NCBI GenBank assembly: GCA_964016885.1
Contig: OZ024740.1
Coordinates: 255,626,001 to 255,690,000 of the forward strand
Length of the DNA stretch: 64,000 nucleotides
Reading direction: 5' to 3'
From: Eledone cirrhosa
Taxonomy: Eukaryota
Both the position numbers and the translations under genes were made by a program. Positions 34,701 to 54,500 of this stretch are shown here, one piece after another. Below the pieces are notes generated by a model. It ran no database searches and was not told the DNA's origin. It saw nothing but the letters and a program-made list of their open reading frames with translations. Each line of letters begins with the position of its first letter. The stretch's first letter is position 1.

Positions 34701-37700
34701 ACATAGACATACATTAACACATGGACACAGACATACGTTAACACATGGACATAGATATACATTAACACATGGACATAGACATACATTAACACATGTACAT
34801 AGACATACATTAACACATGTACATAGAGATACATTAACACGTGGACATAGACATACATTAACACATGTACATAGATATACATTAACACATGTACATAGAC
34901 ATATATTAACACATGTTCATAGACATAAATTAACACATGTACATAGACATACATTAACACATGGACACAGACATACATTAACACATGGACACAGACATAC
35001 ATAAACACATGTACATAGACATACATTAACACATGGAAGTAGACATATATTAACAGATGTACATAGACAAACATTAACACATGGACACATCATACATTAA
35101 CACATGGACATTGACATACATTAACACATGGATATAGATATACCTTAACACATGGACATACATATCCATTAACACATGGACATAGACATACATTAACACA
35201 TGGACACAGACATACATTAACACACGGACATAGACATACATTAACACATGGACATAGACATACATTAACACATGGACACAGACATACATTAACACATGGA
35301 TATAGATATACATTAACACATGGACATACATATACATTAACACATGGACATAGACATACATTAACACATGGACACAGACATACATTAACATACGGACATA
35401 GACATACATTAACACATGGACATAGACATACATTAACACATGGACATAGACATAAATTAATACATGGACATAGACATAGATTAACACATGGACACAGACA
35501 TACATTAACACATGGACACAGACATACATTAACAAATAGACATAGACATACATTAACACATGGACATATGCATACATTAACACATGGACACGGAATACAT
35601 TAACACATGGACATAGACATACATTAACACATGGACATAGACATACATTAACACATGTACATAGATATACGTTAACACATGTACATAGAGATACATTAAC
35701 ACGCGGACATAGACATACATTAACACATGTACATAGATATACATTAACACATGTACATAGACATACATTAACACATGTACATAGACATACATTAACACAT
35801 GGACACAGACATACATTAGCACATGGACACAGACATACATTAACACATGTACATAGATATACATTAACACATGGATATAGACATACATTAACAGATGTAC
35901 ATAGACATACATTAACACATGGACACAGTCATACATTAACACATGGGTATAGACATACATTAACACATGTACATAGACATACATTAACACATGGACATAG
36001 ATATACATTAACACATGGACATACATATACATTAACACATGGACATTGACATACATTAACACATGGAAACAGACATACATTAACACATGGACATAGACAT
36101 ACATTAACACATGGACATAGACATACATTAATACATGGACATAGACATAGATTAACACATGGACACAGACATACATTAACACATGGACACAGACATACAT
36201 TACCAAATGGACATAGACATACATTAACACATGGACATATACATACATTAACACATGGACACGGACATACATTAACACATGAACATAGACATACATTAAG
36301 ACATGGACATAGACATACATTAACACATGTACATAGACATACATTAACACATGGACATAGACACACATTATCACATGTACATAGACATACATTAAGACAT
36401 GGACACGGACATACATTAACACATGAACATAGACATACATTAACACATGGACATAGACATACATTAACACATGTACATAGACATACATTAACACATGGAC
36501 ATAGACACACATTAACACATGTACATAGACATACATTAACACATGGACACAGACATACATTAACACATGGACATAGACACACATTAACACATGGACATAG
36601 ATATACATTAACACATGGACACAGACATACATTAACACATGGACATAGATATACAATAACACATGGACATAGACATACATTAACACATGGACATAGACAT
36701 ACATTAACACATGGACACAGACATACGTTAACACATGGACATAGATATACGTTAACACATGGACATAGACATACATTAACACATGTACATAGACATACAT
36801 TAACACATGTACATAGAGATACATTAACACGTGGACATAGACATACATTAACACATGTACATAGATATACATTAACACATGTACATAGACATATATTAAC
36901 ACATGTACATAGACATAAATTAACACATGTACATAGACATACATTAACACATGGACACAGACATACATTAACACATGGACACAGACATACATTAACACAT
37001 GTACATAGACATACATTAACACATGGACATAGACATACATTAACAGATGTACATAGACAAACATTAACACATGGACACATCATACATTAACACATGGACA
37101 TTGACATACATTAACACATGGATATAGATATACATTAACACATGGACATACATATACATTAACATATGGACATAGACATACATTAACACATGGACACAGA
37201 CATACATTAACACACGGACATAGACATACATTAACACATGGACATAGACATACATTAACACATGGACATAGACATACATTAATACATGGACATAGACATA
37301 GATTAACACATGGACACAGACATACATTAACACATGGACACAGACATACATTAACAAATGGACATAGACATACATTAACACATGGACATATGCATACATT
37401 AACACATGGACACGGAATATATTAACACATGGACATAGACATACATTAACACATGGACATAGACATACATTAACACATGTACATAGATATACGTTAACAC
37501 ATGTACATAGAGATACATTAACACGCGGACATAGACATACATTAACACATGTACATAGATATACATTAACACATGTACATAGACATACATTAACACATGT
37601 ACATAGACATAAATTAACACATGTACATAGACATACATTAACACATGGACACAGACATACATTATCACATGGACACAGACATACATTAACACATGTACAT

Positions 37701-40700
37701 AGATATACATTAACACATGGATATAGACATACATTAACAGATGTACATAGACATACATTAACACATGGACACAGTCATACATTAACACATGGGTATAGAC
37801 ATACATTAACACATGTACATAGACATACATTAACACATGGACATAGATATACATTAACACATGGACATACATATACATTAACACATGGACATTGACATAC
37901 ATTAACACATGGACACAGACATACATTAACACATGGACATAGACATACATTAACACATGGACATAGACATACATTAATACATGGACATAGACATGGATTA
38001 ACACATGGACACAGACATACATTAACACATGGACACAGACATACATTAACAAATGGACATAGACATACATTAACACATGGACATATACATACATTAACAC
38101 ATGGACACGGACATACATTAACACATGAACGTAGACATACATTAACACATGTACATAGACATACATTAACACATGGACATAGACACACATTAACACATGT
38201 ACATAGACATACATTAACACATGGACACAGACATACATTAACACATGGACATAGACACACATTAACACATGGACATAGATATACATTAACACATGGACAC
38301 AGACATACATTAACACATGGACATAGATATACAATAACACATGTACATAGACATACATTAACACATGGACATAGACATATATTAACACATGGACATAGAC
38401 ATACATTAACACATGGACATAGACATACATTAACACATGGACACAGACATACATTAACACATGGACATAGACATACATTAACACATGGACATAGACATAC
38501 ATTAACACATGGACATAGACATACATTAACACATGGACACAGACATACGTTAACACATGGACATAGATATACGTTAACACATGGACATAGACATACATTA
38601 ACACATGTACATAGACATACATTAACACATGTACATAGAGATACATTAACACGTGGACATAGACATACATTAACACATGTACATAGATATACATTAACAC
38701 ATGTACATAGACATATATTAACACATGTACATAGACATAAATTAACAGATGTACATAGACATACATTAACACATGGACACAGACATACATTAACACATGG
38801 ACACAGACATACATTAACACATGTACATAGACATACATTAACACATGGACATAGACATACATTAACATATGTACATAGACAAACATTAACACATGGACAC
38901 ATCATACATTAACACATGGACATTGACATACATTAACACATGGATATAGATATACATTAACACATGGACATACATATACATTAACACACGGACATAGACA
39001 TACATTAACACACGGACATAGACATACATTAACACATGGACATAGACATACATTAACACATGGACATAGACATAAATTAATACATGGACATAGACATAGA
39101 TTAACACATGGACACAGACATACATTAACACATGGACACAGACATACATTAACAAATGGACATAGACATACATTAACACATGGACATATGCATACATTAA
39201 CACATGGACACGTAATACATTAACACATGGACATAGACATACATTAACACATGGACATAGACATACATTAACACATGTACATAGATATACGTTAACACAT
39301 GTACATAGAGATACATTAACACGCGGACATAGACATACATTAACACATGTACATAGATATACATTAACACATGTACATAGACATACATTAACACATGTAC
39401 ATAGACATACATTAACACATGGACACAGACATACATTAGCACATGGACACAGACATACATTAACACATGTACATAGATATACATTAACACATGGATATAG
39501 ACATACATTAACAGATGTACATAGACATACATTAACACATGGACACAGTCATACATTAACACATGGGTATAGACATACATTAACACATGTACATAGACAT
39601 ACATTAACACATGGACATAGATATACATTAACACATGGACATACATATACATTAACACATGGACATTGACATACATTAACACATGGAAACAGACATACAT
39701 TAACACATGGACATAGACATACATTAACACATGGACATAGACATACATTAATACATGGACATAGACATAGATTAACACATGGACACAGACATACATTAAC
39801 ACATGGACACAGACATACATTACCAAATGGACATAGACATACATTAACACATGGACATATACATACATTAACACATGGACACGGACATAAATTAACACAT
39901 GAACATAGACATACATTAAGACATGGACATAGACATACATTAACACATGTACATAGACATACATTAACACATGGACATAGACACACATTATCACATGTAC
40001 ATAGACATACATTAACACATGGACACAGACATACATTAACACATGGACATAGACACACATTAACACATGGACATAGATATACATTAACACATGGACACAG
40101 ACATACATTAACACATGGACATAGATATACAATAACACATGTACATAGACATACATTAACACATGGACATAGACATATATTAACACATGGACATAGACAT
40201 ACATTAACACATGGACATAGACATACATTAACACATGGACACAGACATACATTAACACATGGACATAGACATACATTAACACATGGACATAGACATACAT
40301 TAACACATGGACATAGACATACATTAACACATGGACACAGACATACGTTAACACATGGACATAGATATACATTAGCACATGGACATAGACATACATTAAC
40401 ACATGTACATAGACATACATTAACACATGTACATAGAGATACATTAACACGTGGACATAGACATACATTAACACATGTACATAGATATACATTAACACAT
40501 GTACATAGACATATATTAACACATGTACATAGACATAAATTAACACATGTACATAGACATACATTAACACATGGACACAGACATACATTAACACATGGAC
40601 ACAGACATACATAAACACATGTACATAGACATACATTAACACATGGACATAGACATATATTAACAGATGTACATAGACAAACATTAACACATGGACACAT

Positions 40701-43700
40701 CATACATTAACACATGGACATTGACATACATTAACACATGGATATAGATATACATTAACACATGGACATACATATGCATTAACACATGGACATAGACATA
40801 CATTAACACATGGACACAGACATACATTAACACACGGACATAGACATACATTAACACATGGACATAGACATACATTAACACATGGACACAGACATACATT
40901 AACACATGGACACAGACATACATTAACACATGTACATAGACATACATAAACACATGTACATAGAGATACATTAACACATGGACATAGACATACATTAACA
41001 GATGTACATAGACAAACATTAACACATGGACACATCATACATTAACACATGGACATTGACATACATTAACACATGGATATAGATATACATTAACACATGG
41101 ACATACATATACATTAACATATGGACATAGACATACATTAACACATGGACACAGACATACATTAACACACGGACATAGACATACATTAACACATGGACAT
41201 AGACATACATTAACACATGGACATAGACATACATTAATACATGGACATAGACATAGATTAACACATGGACACAGACATACATTAACACATGGACACAGAC
41301 ATACATTAACAAATGGACATAGACATACATTAACACATGGACATATGCATACATTAACACATGGACACGGAATATATTAACACATGGACATAGACATACA
41401 TTAACACATGGACATAGACATACATTAACACATGTACATAGATATACGTTAACACATGTACATAGAGATACATTAACACGCGGACATAGACATACATTAA
41501 CACATGTACATAGATATACATTAACACATGTACATAGACATACATTAACACATGTACATAGACATAAATTAACACATGTACATAGACATACATTAACACA
41601 TGGACACAGACATACATTATCACATGGACACAGACATACATTAACACATGTACATAGATATACATTAACACATGGATATAGACATACATTAACAGATGTA
41701 CATAGACATACATTAACACATGGACACAGTCATACATTAACACATGGGTATAGACATACATTAACACATGTACATAGACATACATTAACACATGGACATA
41801 GATATACATTAACACATGGACATACATATACATTAACACATGGACATTGACATACATTAACACATGGACACAGACATACATTAACACATGGACATAGACA
41901 TACATTAACACATGGACATAGACATACATTAATACATGGACATAGACATGGATTAACACATGGACACAGACATACATTAACACATGGACACAGACATACA
42001 TTAACAAATGGACATAGACATACATTAACACATGGACATATACATACATTAACACATAGACACGGACATACATTAACACATGAACGTAGACATACATTAA
42101 CACATGTACATAGACATACATTAACACATGGACATAGACACACATTAACACATGTACATAGACATACATTAACACATGGACACAGACATACATTAACACA
42201 TGGACATAGACACACATTAACACATGGACATAGATATACATTAACACATGGACACAGACATACATTAACACATGGACATAGATATACAATAACACATGTA
42301 CATAGACATACATTAACACATGGACATAGACATATATTAACACATGGACATAGACATACATTAACACATGGACATAGACATACATTAACACATGGACACA
42401 GACATACATTAACACATGGACATAGACATACATTAACACATGGACATAGACATACATTAACACATGGACATAGACATACATTAACACATGGACACAGACA
42501 TACGTTAACACATGGACATAGATATACGTTAACACATGGACATAGACATACATTAACACATGTACATAGACATACATTAACACATGTACATAGAGATACA
42601 TTAACACGTGGACATAGACATACATTAACACATGTACATAGATATACATTAACACATGTACATAGACATATATTAACACATGTACATAGACATAAATTAA
42701 CAGATGTACATAGACATACATTAACACATGGACACAGACATACATTAACACATGGACACAGACATACATTAACACATGTACATAGACATACATTAACACA
42801 TGGACATAGACATACATTAACATATGTACATAGACAAACATTAACACATGGACACATCATACATTAACACATGGACATTGACATACATTAACACATGGAT
42901 ATAGATATACATTAACACATGGACATACATATACATTAACACATGGACATAGACATACATTAACACATGGACACAGACATACATTAACACACGGACATAG
43001 ACATACATTAACACATGGACATAGACATACATTAACACATGGACATAGACATAAATTAATACATGGACATAGACATAGATTAACACATGGACACAGACAT
43101 ACATTAACACATGGACACAGACATACATTAACAAATGGACATAGACATACATTAACACATGGACATATGCATACATTAACACATGGACACGGAATACATT
43201 AACACATGGACATAGACATACATTAACACATGGACATAGACATACATTAACACATGTACATAGATATACGTTAACACATGTACATAGAGATACATTAACA
43301 CGCGGACATAGACATACATTAACACATGTACATAGATATACATTAACACATGTACATAGACATACATTAACACATGTACATAGACATACATTAACACATG
43401 GACACAGACATACATTAGCACATGGACACAGACATACATTAACACATGTACATAGATATACATTAACACATGGATATAGACATACATTAACAGATGTACA
43501 TAGACATACATTAACACATGGACACAGTCATACATTAACACATGGGTATAGACATACATTAACACATGTACATAGACATACATTAACACATGGACATAGA
43601 TATACATTAACACATGGACATACATATACATTAACACATGGACATTGACATACATTAACACATGGAAACAGACATACATTAACACATGGACATAGACATA

Positions 43701-46700
43701 CATTAACACATGGAAATAGACATACATTAATACATGGACATAGACATAGATTAACACATGGACACAGACATACATTAACACATGGACACAGACATACATT
43801 ACCAAATGGACATAGACATACATTAACACATGGACATATACATACATTAACACATGGACACGGACATACATTAACACATGAACATAGACATACATTAAGA
43901 CATGGACATAGACATACATTAACACATGTACATAGACATACATTAACACATGGACATAGACACACATTATCACATGTACATAGACATACATTAACACATG
44001 GACACAGACATACATTAACACATGGACATAGACACACATTAACACATGGACATAGATATACATTAACACATGGACACAGACATACATTAACACATGGACA
44101 TAGATATACAATAACACATGTACATAGACATACATTAACACATGGACATAGACATATATTAACACATGGACATAGACATACATTAACACATGGACATAGA
44201 CATACATTAACACATGGACACAGACATACATTAACACATGGACATAGACATACATTAACACATGGACATAGACATACATTAACACATGGACATAGACATA
44301 CATTAACACATGGACACAGACATACGTTAAAACATGGACATAGATATACATTAACACATGGACATAGACATACATTAACACATGTACATAGACATACATT
44401 AACACATGTACATAGAGATACATTAACACGTGGCAATAGACATACATTAACACATGTACATAGATATACATTAACACATGTACATAAACATATATTAACA
44501 CATGTACATAGACATAAATTAACACATGTACATAGACATACATTAACACATGGACACAGACATACATAAACACATGGACACAGACATACATAAACACATG
44601 TACATAGACATACATTAACACATGGACATAGACATATATTAACAGATGTACATAGACAAACATTAACACATAGACACATCATACATTAACACATGGACAT
44701 TGACATACATTAACACATGGATATAGATATACATTAACACATGGACATACATATGCATTAACACATGGACATAGACATACATTAACACATGGACACAGAC
44801 ATACATTAACACACGGACATAGACATACATTAACACATGGACATAGACATACATTAACACATGGACACAGACATACATTAACACATGGACACAGACATAC
44901 ATTAACACATGTACATAGACATACATAAACACATGTACATAGAGATACATTAACACATGGACATTGACATACATTAACACATGTACATAGACATACATTG
45001 ACACATGGACATAGAGATACATTACCACATGGACACAGACATACATTAACACATGGACATTGACATACATTAACACATGGACATAGATATACATTAACAC
45101 ATGGACATACATATACATTACCACATGGACACAGACATACATTAACACATGGACATAGATATACAATAACACATGTACATAGACATACATTAACACATGG
45201 ACATAGACATATATTAACACATGGACATAGACATACATTAACACATGGACATAGACATACATTAACACATGGACACAGACATACATTAACACATGGACAT
45301 AGACATACATTAACACATGGACATAGATATGCATTAACACATGGACATACATATACATTAACACATGGACATAGACATACATTAACACATGGACACAGAC
45401 ATACATTAACACATGGACATAGACATACATTAACACATGTACATAGAGATGCATTAACATATGTACATAGACATATATTAACACATGTACATAGACATGA
45501 ATTAACACATGTACATAGACATACATTAACACATGGACACAGACATACATTAACACATGGACACAGTCATACACTAACACATGGACATAGACATACATTA
45601 AAACATGGACACAGACATACATTAACACATGTACATAGACACACATTAACACATGGGCATAGATATACATTAACACATGGACACATACATACATTAACAC
45701 ATGGACATAGATATACATTAACACATGTACAGAGATATACATTAACACATGGACATAGAGATACATTAACAGATTGACAGAGATATATATTAGCACATGG
45801 ACATACATATACATTAACACATGGACATAGACATACATTAACACATGGACACAGACATACATTAACAAATGGACATAGACATACATTAACACATGGACAT
45901 ATACATACATTAACACATGGACACGGACATACATTAACACATGAACATAGACATACATTAAGACATGGACATAGACATACATTAACACATGTACATAGAC
46001 ATACATTAACACATGGACATAGACACACATTAACACATGTACATAGACATACATTAACACATGGACACAGACATACATTAACACATGGACATAGACACAC
46101 ATTAACACATGGACATAGATATACATTAACACATGGACACAGACATACATTAACACATGGACATAGATATACAATAACACATGTACATAGACATACATTA
46201 ACACATGGACATAGACATATATTAACACATGGACATAGACATACATTAACACATGGACATAGACATACATTAACACATGGACACAGACATACATTAACAC
46301 ATGGACATAGACATACATTAACACATGGACATAGACATACATTAACACATGGACATAGACATACATTAACACATGGACACAGACATACGTTAACACATGT
46401 ACATAGATATACGTTAACACATGGACATAGACATACATTAACACATGTACATAGACATACATTAACACATGTACATAGAGATACATTAACACGTGGAAAT
46501 AGACATACATTAACACATGTACATAGATATACATTAACACATGTACATAGACATATATTAACACATGTACATAGACATAAATTAACACATGTACATAGAC
46601 ATACATTAACACATGGACACAGACATACATTAACACATGGACACAGACATACATTAACGCATGTACATAGACATACATTAACACATGGACATAGACATAC

Positions 46701-48500
46701 ATTAACATATGTACATAGACAAACATTAACACATGGACACATCATACATTAACACATGGACATTGACATACATTAACACATGGATATAGATATACATTAA
46801 CACATGGACATACATATACATTAACACATGGACATAGACATACATTAACACATGGACACAGACATACATTAACACACGGACATAGACATACATTAACACA
46901 TGGACATAGACATACATTAACACATGGACATAGACATACATTAATACATGGACATAGACATAGATTAACACATGGACACAGACATACATTAACACATGGA
47001 CACAGACATACATTAACAAATGGACATAGACATACATTAACACATGGACATATGCATACATTAACACATGGACACGGAATACATTAACACATGGACATAG
47101 ACATACATTAACACATGGACATAGACATACATTAACACATGTACATAGATATACGTTAACACATGTACATAGAGATACATTAACACGCGGACATAGACAT
47201 ACATTAACACATGTACATAGATATACATTAACACATGTACATAGACATACATTAACACATGTACATAGACATACATTAACACATGGACACAGACATACAT
47301 TAGCACATGGACACAGACATACATTAACACATGTACATAGATATACATTAACACATGGATATAGACATACATTAACAGATGTACATAGACATACATTAAC
47401 ACATGAACACAGTCATACATTAACACATGGGTATAGACATACATTAACACATGTACATAGACATACATTAACACATGGACATAGATATACATTAACACAT
47501 GGACATACATATACATTAACACATGGACATTGACATACATCAACACATGGAAACAGACATACATTAACACATGGACATAGACATACATTAACACATGGAC
47601 ATAGACATACATTAATACATGGACATAGACATAGATTAACACATGGACACAGACATACATTAACACATGGACACAGACATACATTAACAAATGGACATAG
47701 ACATACATTAACACATGGACATATACATACATTAACACATGGACACGGACATACATTAACACATGAACATAGACATACATTAAGACATGGACATAGACAT
47801 ACATTAACACATGTACATAGACATACATTAACACATGGACATAGACACACATTATCACATGTACATAGACATACATTAACACATGGACACAGACATACAT
47901 TAACACATGGACATAGACACACATTAACACATGGACATAGATATACATTAACACATGGACACAGACATACATTAACACATGGACATAGATATACAATAAC
48001 ACATGTACATAGACATACATTAACACATGGACATAGACATATATTAACACATGGACATAGACATACATTAACACATGGACATAGACATACATTAACACAT
48101 GGACACAGACATACATTAACACATGGACATAGACATACATTAACACATGGACATAGACATACATTAACACATGGACATAGACATACATTAACACATGGAC
48201 ACAGACATACGTTAACACATGGACATAGATATACATTAACACATGGACATAGACATACATTAACACATGTACATAGACATACATTAACACATGTACATAG
48301 AGATACATTAACACGTGGACATAGACATACATTAACACATGTACATAGATATACATTAACACATGTACATAGACATATATTAACACATGTACATAGACAT
48401 AAAATAACACATGTACATAGACATACATTAACACATGGACACAGACATACATTAACACATGGACACAGACATACATAAACACATGTACATAGACATACAT
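21390..48500 (+). repeat. Higher-order repeat array, period about 1.8 kb (modal 1822 bp = 76 monomers, two of them 23 bp), with truncated and rearranged copies
   Basis: The marker pair ggacatatgcatac + 23-bp ggacacg(g/t)aata recurs at about 21402, 23104, 24902, 26724, 28546, 30535, 31181, 33602, 35592, 37414, 39212, 41369, 43191 and 47076. Spacings include 1822 four times and 1798 twice. The recurring 497-aa and 105/113-aa ORFs reflect the same unit. Confidence 0.9.
30830..35250 (+). repeat. 2421-bp tandem duplication within the HOR array (101 monomers minus 3 bp)
   Basis: ORFs recur at +2421 (30855/33276, 31166/33587, 31518/33939, 32653/35074). Rare variants gttcatag (~32494/~34915) and atatccatt (~32741/~35162) are shared at that offset. 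Confidence 0.85.
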
Positions 48501-51500
48501 TAACACATGGATATAGATATACATTAACACATGGACATACATATGCATTAACACATGGACATAGACATACATTAACACATGGACACAGACATACATTAAC
48601 ACACGGACATAGACATACATTAACACATGGACATAGACATACATTAACACATGGACACAGACATACATTAACACATGGACACAGACATACATTAACACAT
48701 GTACATAGACATACATAAACACATGTACATAGAGATACATTAACACATGGACATTGACATACATTAACACATGTACATAGACATACATTGACACATGGAC
48801 ATAGAGATACATTACCACATGGACACAGACATACATTAACACATGGACATTGACATACATTAACACATGGACATAGATATACATTAACACATGGACATAC
48901 ATATACATTACCACATGGACACAGACATACATTAACACATGGACATTGACATACATTAACACATGGACATAGATATGCATTAACACATGGACATACATAT
49001 ACATTAACACATGGACATAGACATACATTAACACATGGACACAGACATACATTAACACATGGACATAGACATACATTAACACATGTACATAGACATACAT
49101 TAACACATGGACATAGACATAGATTAACACATGGACACAGACATACATTAACGCATGGACACAGACATACATTAACACATGTACATAGAGATACATTAAC
49201 ACATGTACATAGTCATATATTAACACATGTACATAGACATGAATTAACACATGTACATAGACATACATTAACACATGGACACAGACATACATTAACACAT
49301 GGACACAGTCATACACTAACACATGGACATAGACATACATTAAAACATGGACACAGACATACATTAACACATGTACATAGACACACATTAACACATGGAC
49401 ATAGATATACATTAACACATGGACACATACATACATTAACACATGGACATAGATATACATTAACACATGTACAGAGATATACATTAACACATGGACATAG
49501 AGATACATTAACAGATTGACAGAGATATATATTAACACATGGACATACATATACATTAACACATGGACATAGACATACATTAACACATGGACATAGATAT
49601 ACATTAACACATGTACATAGACATACATTAACACATGGACATAGAGATACATTAACACATGGACATAGACATACATTAATACATGTAGATAGACATACAT
49701 TAACACATGTACATAGACATGCATTAACACATGGACATAGATATACATTAACACATGGACATAGACATACATTAACACATGGACATAGACATACATTAAC
49801 ACATGTACATAGACATACATTAACACATGGACACAGACATACGTTAACACATGGACATAGACATACATTAACACATGGACATAGAAATACATTAACACAT
49901 GGACATAGACATACATTAACACATGGACATAGAGATACATCAATACATGGACATAGAAATACATTAATACATGTAGATAGACATACATTAACACATGTAC
50001 ATAGACATGCATTAACACATGGACATAGATATACATTAACACATGGACATAGACATACATTAACACATGTACATAGACATACATTAACACATGGACATAG
50101 ATATACACTGACACATTGACATAGACATACATTAACACATGTACATAGATATACATTAACACATATACATAGATATACATTAACACATGGACATAGACAT
50201 ACATTAACACATGGAGACAGATATACATGAACACATAGACATACATATACATTAACACATGTACATAGATATACATTAACACATAGACATAGATATACAT
50301 TAACACATGGACATACACATACATTAACACATGTACATAGATATACATTAACACATGGGCATAGACATACATTAACACATGGACATAGACATACATTAAC
50401 ACATGGACATAGACATACATTAACACATGGAGATAGATATACATGAACACGTAGACATACATATACATTAACACATGTACATAGATATACATTAAAACAT
50501 GGACATAGACATACATTAACACATGGACATAGACATATATTAACACATGTACATAGATATACATTAACACATGTACATAGACATACATTAACACATGGAC
50601 ATAGACATACATTAACACATGGAGATAGATATACGTGAACACATAGACATACATATACATTAACACATAGACATAGACATACATTAACACTTGGACATAG
50701 ACATACATTAACACATGGACACAGACATACATTAACACATGGACAGAGATATACATTAACACATGAACATAGGGATACATTAACAGATGGACAGAGATAT
50801 ACATTAACACATGGACATACATATATATTAACACATGGACATAGACATACATTAACACATGGACATAGATATACATTAACACATGGACATAAGATACATT
50901 AACACATGGATATAGACATACATTAACACATGGACATAGACATACATTAACACATGGACATAGACATACATTAACACATGGACATAGATATACATTAAAA
51001 CATGGACATAGACATACATTAACACATGGACATAGATATACATTAACACATGGACAGAGATATACATTAACACATGGACATAGAGATACATTAACAGATG
51101 GACAGAGATATACATTAACACATGGACATACATATACATTAACACATGGACATAGACATACATTAACACATGGACATAGATATACATTAACACATGTACA
51201 TAGACATACATTAACACATGGACATAGAGATACATTAACACATGGACATAGACATACATTAATACATGTAGATAGACATACATTAACACATGTACATAGA
51301 CATGCATTAACACATGAACATAGACATACATTAACATATGTACATAGACATACATTAACACATGGACACAGACATACATTAACACATGGACATAGACATA
51401 CATTAACACATAGACATACATATACATTAACCCCTGTACATAGATATAAATTAACACATAGACATAAATATACATTAACACATGGACATAGACATACATT

Positions 51501-54500
51501 AACACATGGAGATAGATATACATGAACACATAGACATACATATACATTAACACATGTACATAGATATACATTAACACATGGACATAGACATAAATTAACA
51601 CATGGACATAGACATACATTTACACATGGACATAGACATACATTAACACATGGAGATAGATATACATGAACACATAGACATACATATACATTAACACATG
51701 TACATAGATATACATTAACACATAGACATAGATATACATTAACACATAGACATATATATACATTAACACATGTACATAGATATACATTAAAACATGGACA
51801 TAGACATACATTAACACATGTACATAGACATACATTAACACATGGACATAGACATACATTAACAAATGGAGATAGATATACATGAACACATAGACATACA
51901 TATACATTAACACACAGACATAGACATACATTAACACATGGACATAGACATACATTAACACATGGACACAGACATACATTAACACATGGACATAGACATA
52001 CATTAACACATGGACACAGACATACATTAACACATAAACATAGACATACATTAACACATGTACATAGACATATATTAACACATGTACATAGACATACATT
52101 AACACATGGACATAGACACACATTAACACATGGACATAGATATACATTAACACATGGACACAGACATACATTGACACATGGACATAGATATACATTAACA
52201 CATGTACATAGACATACATTAACACATGTACATAGACATACATTAATACACGGACGTAGAGATACATTAACACATGGACACAGACATACATTAACACATG
52301 GACATAGATATACATTAACACATGGACATAGACATACATTAACACATGGACATAGACATACATTAACACATGTACATAGACATACATTAACACATGGACA
52401 CAGACATACATTAACACATGGACATAGACATACATTAACACATGGACATAGAAATACATTAACACATGGACATAGACATACATTAAGACATGGACATAGA
52501 GATACATTAATACATGGACATAGACATACATTAATACATGTAGATAGACATACATTAACACATATACATAGACATGCATTAACACATGGACATAGATATA
52601 CATTAACACATGGACATAGACATACATTAACACATGTACATAGACATACATTAACACATGGACATAGATATACACTGACACATTGACATAGACATACATT
52701 AACACGTGTACATATACATACATTAACACATGGACACGGACATACATTAACACATGAACATAGACATACATTAAGACATGGACATAGACATACATTAACA
52801 CATGTACATAGACATACATTAACACATGGACATAGACACACATTAACACATGTACATAGACATACATTAACACATGGACACAGACATACATTAACACATG
52901 GACATAGACACACATTAACACATGGACATAGATATACATTAACACATGGACACAGACATACATTAACACATGGACATAGATATACAATAACACATGTACA
53001 TAGACATACATTAACACATGGACATAGACATATATTAACACATGGACATAGACATACATTAACACATGTACATAGACATACAATAACACATGGACATAGA
53101 CATACATTAACATATGTACATAGACAAACATTAACACATGGACACATCATACATTAACACATGGACATTGACATACATTAACACATGGATATAGATATAC
53201 ATTAACACATGGACATACATATACATTAACACATGGACATAGACATACATTCACACATGGACACAGACATACATTAACACACGGACATAGACATACATTA
53301 ACACATGGACATATACATACATTAACACATGGACATAGACATACATTAATACATGGACATAGACATAGATTAACACATGGACACAGACATACATTAACAC
53401 ATGGACACAGACATACATTAACAAATGGACATAGACATACATTAACACATGGACATATGCATACATTAACACATGGACACGGAATACATTAACACATGGA
53501 CATAGACATACATTAACACATGGACATAGACATACATTAACACATGTACATAGATATACGTTAACACATGTACATAGAGATACATTAACACGCGGACATA
53601 GACATACATTAACACATGTACATAGATATACATTAACACATGTACATAGACATACATTAACACATGTACATAGACATACATTAACACATGGACACAGACA
53701 TACATTAGCACATGGACACAGACATACATTAACACATGTACATAGATATACATTAACACATGGATATAGACATACATTAACAGATGTACATAGACATACA
53801 TTAACACATGGACACAGTCATACATTAACACATGGGTATAGACATACATTAACACATGTACATAGACATACATTAACACATGGACATAGATATACATTAA
53901 CACATGGACATACATATACATTAACACATGGACATTGACATACATTAACACATGGAAACAGACATACATTAACACATGGACATAGACATACATTAACACA
54001 TGGACATAGACATACATTAATACATGGACATAGACATAGATTAACACATGGACACAGACATACATTAACACATGGACACAGACATACATTAACAAATGGA
54101 CATAGACATACATTAACACATGGACATATACATACATTAACACATGGACACGGACATACATTAACACATGAACATAGACATACATTAAGACATGGACATA
54201 GACATACATTAACACATGTACATAGACATACATTAACACATGGACATAGACACACATTATCACATGTACATAGACATACATTAACACATGGACACAGACA
54301 TACATTAACACATGGACATAGACACACATTAACACATGGACATAGATATACATTAACACATGGACACAGACATACATTAACACATGGACATAGATATACA
54401 ATAACACATGTACATAGACATACATTAACACATGGACATAGACATATATTAACACATGGACATAGACATACATTAACACATGGACATAGACATACATTAA

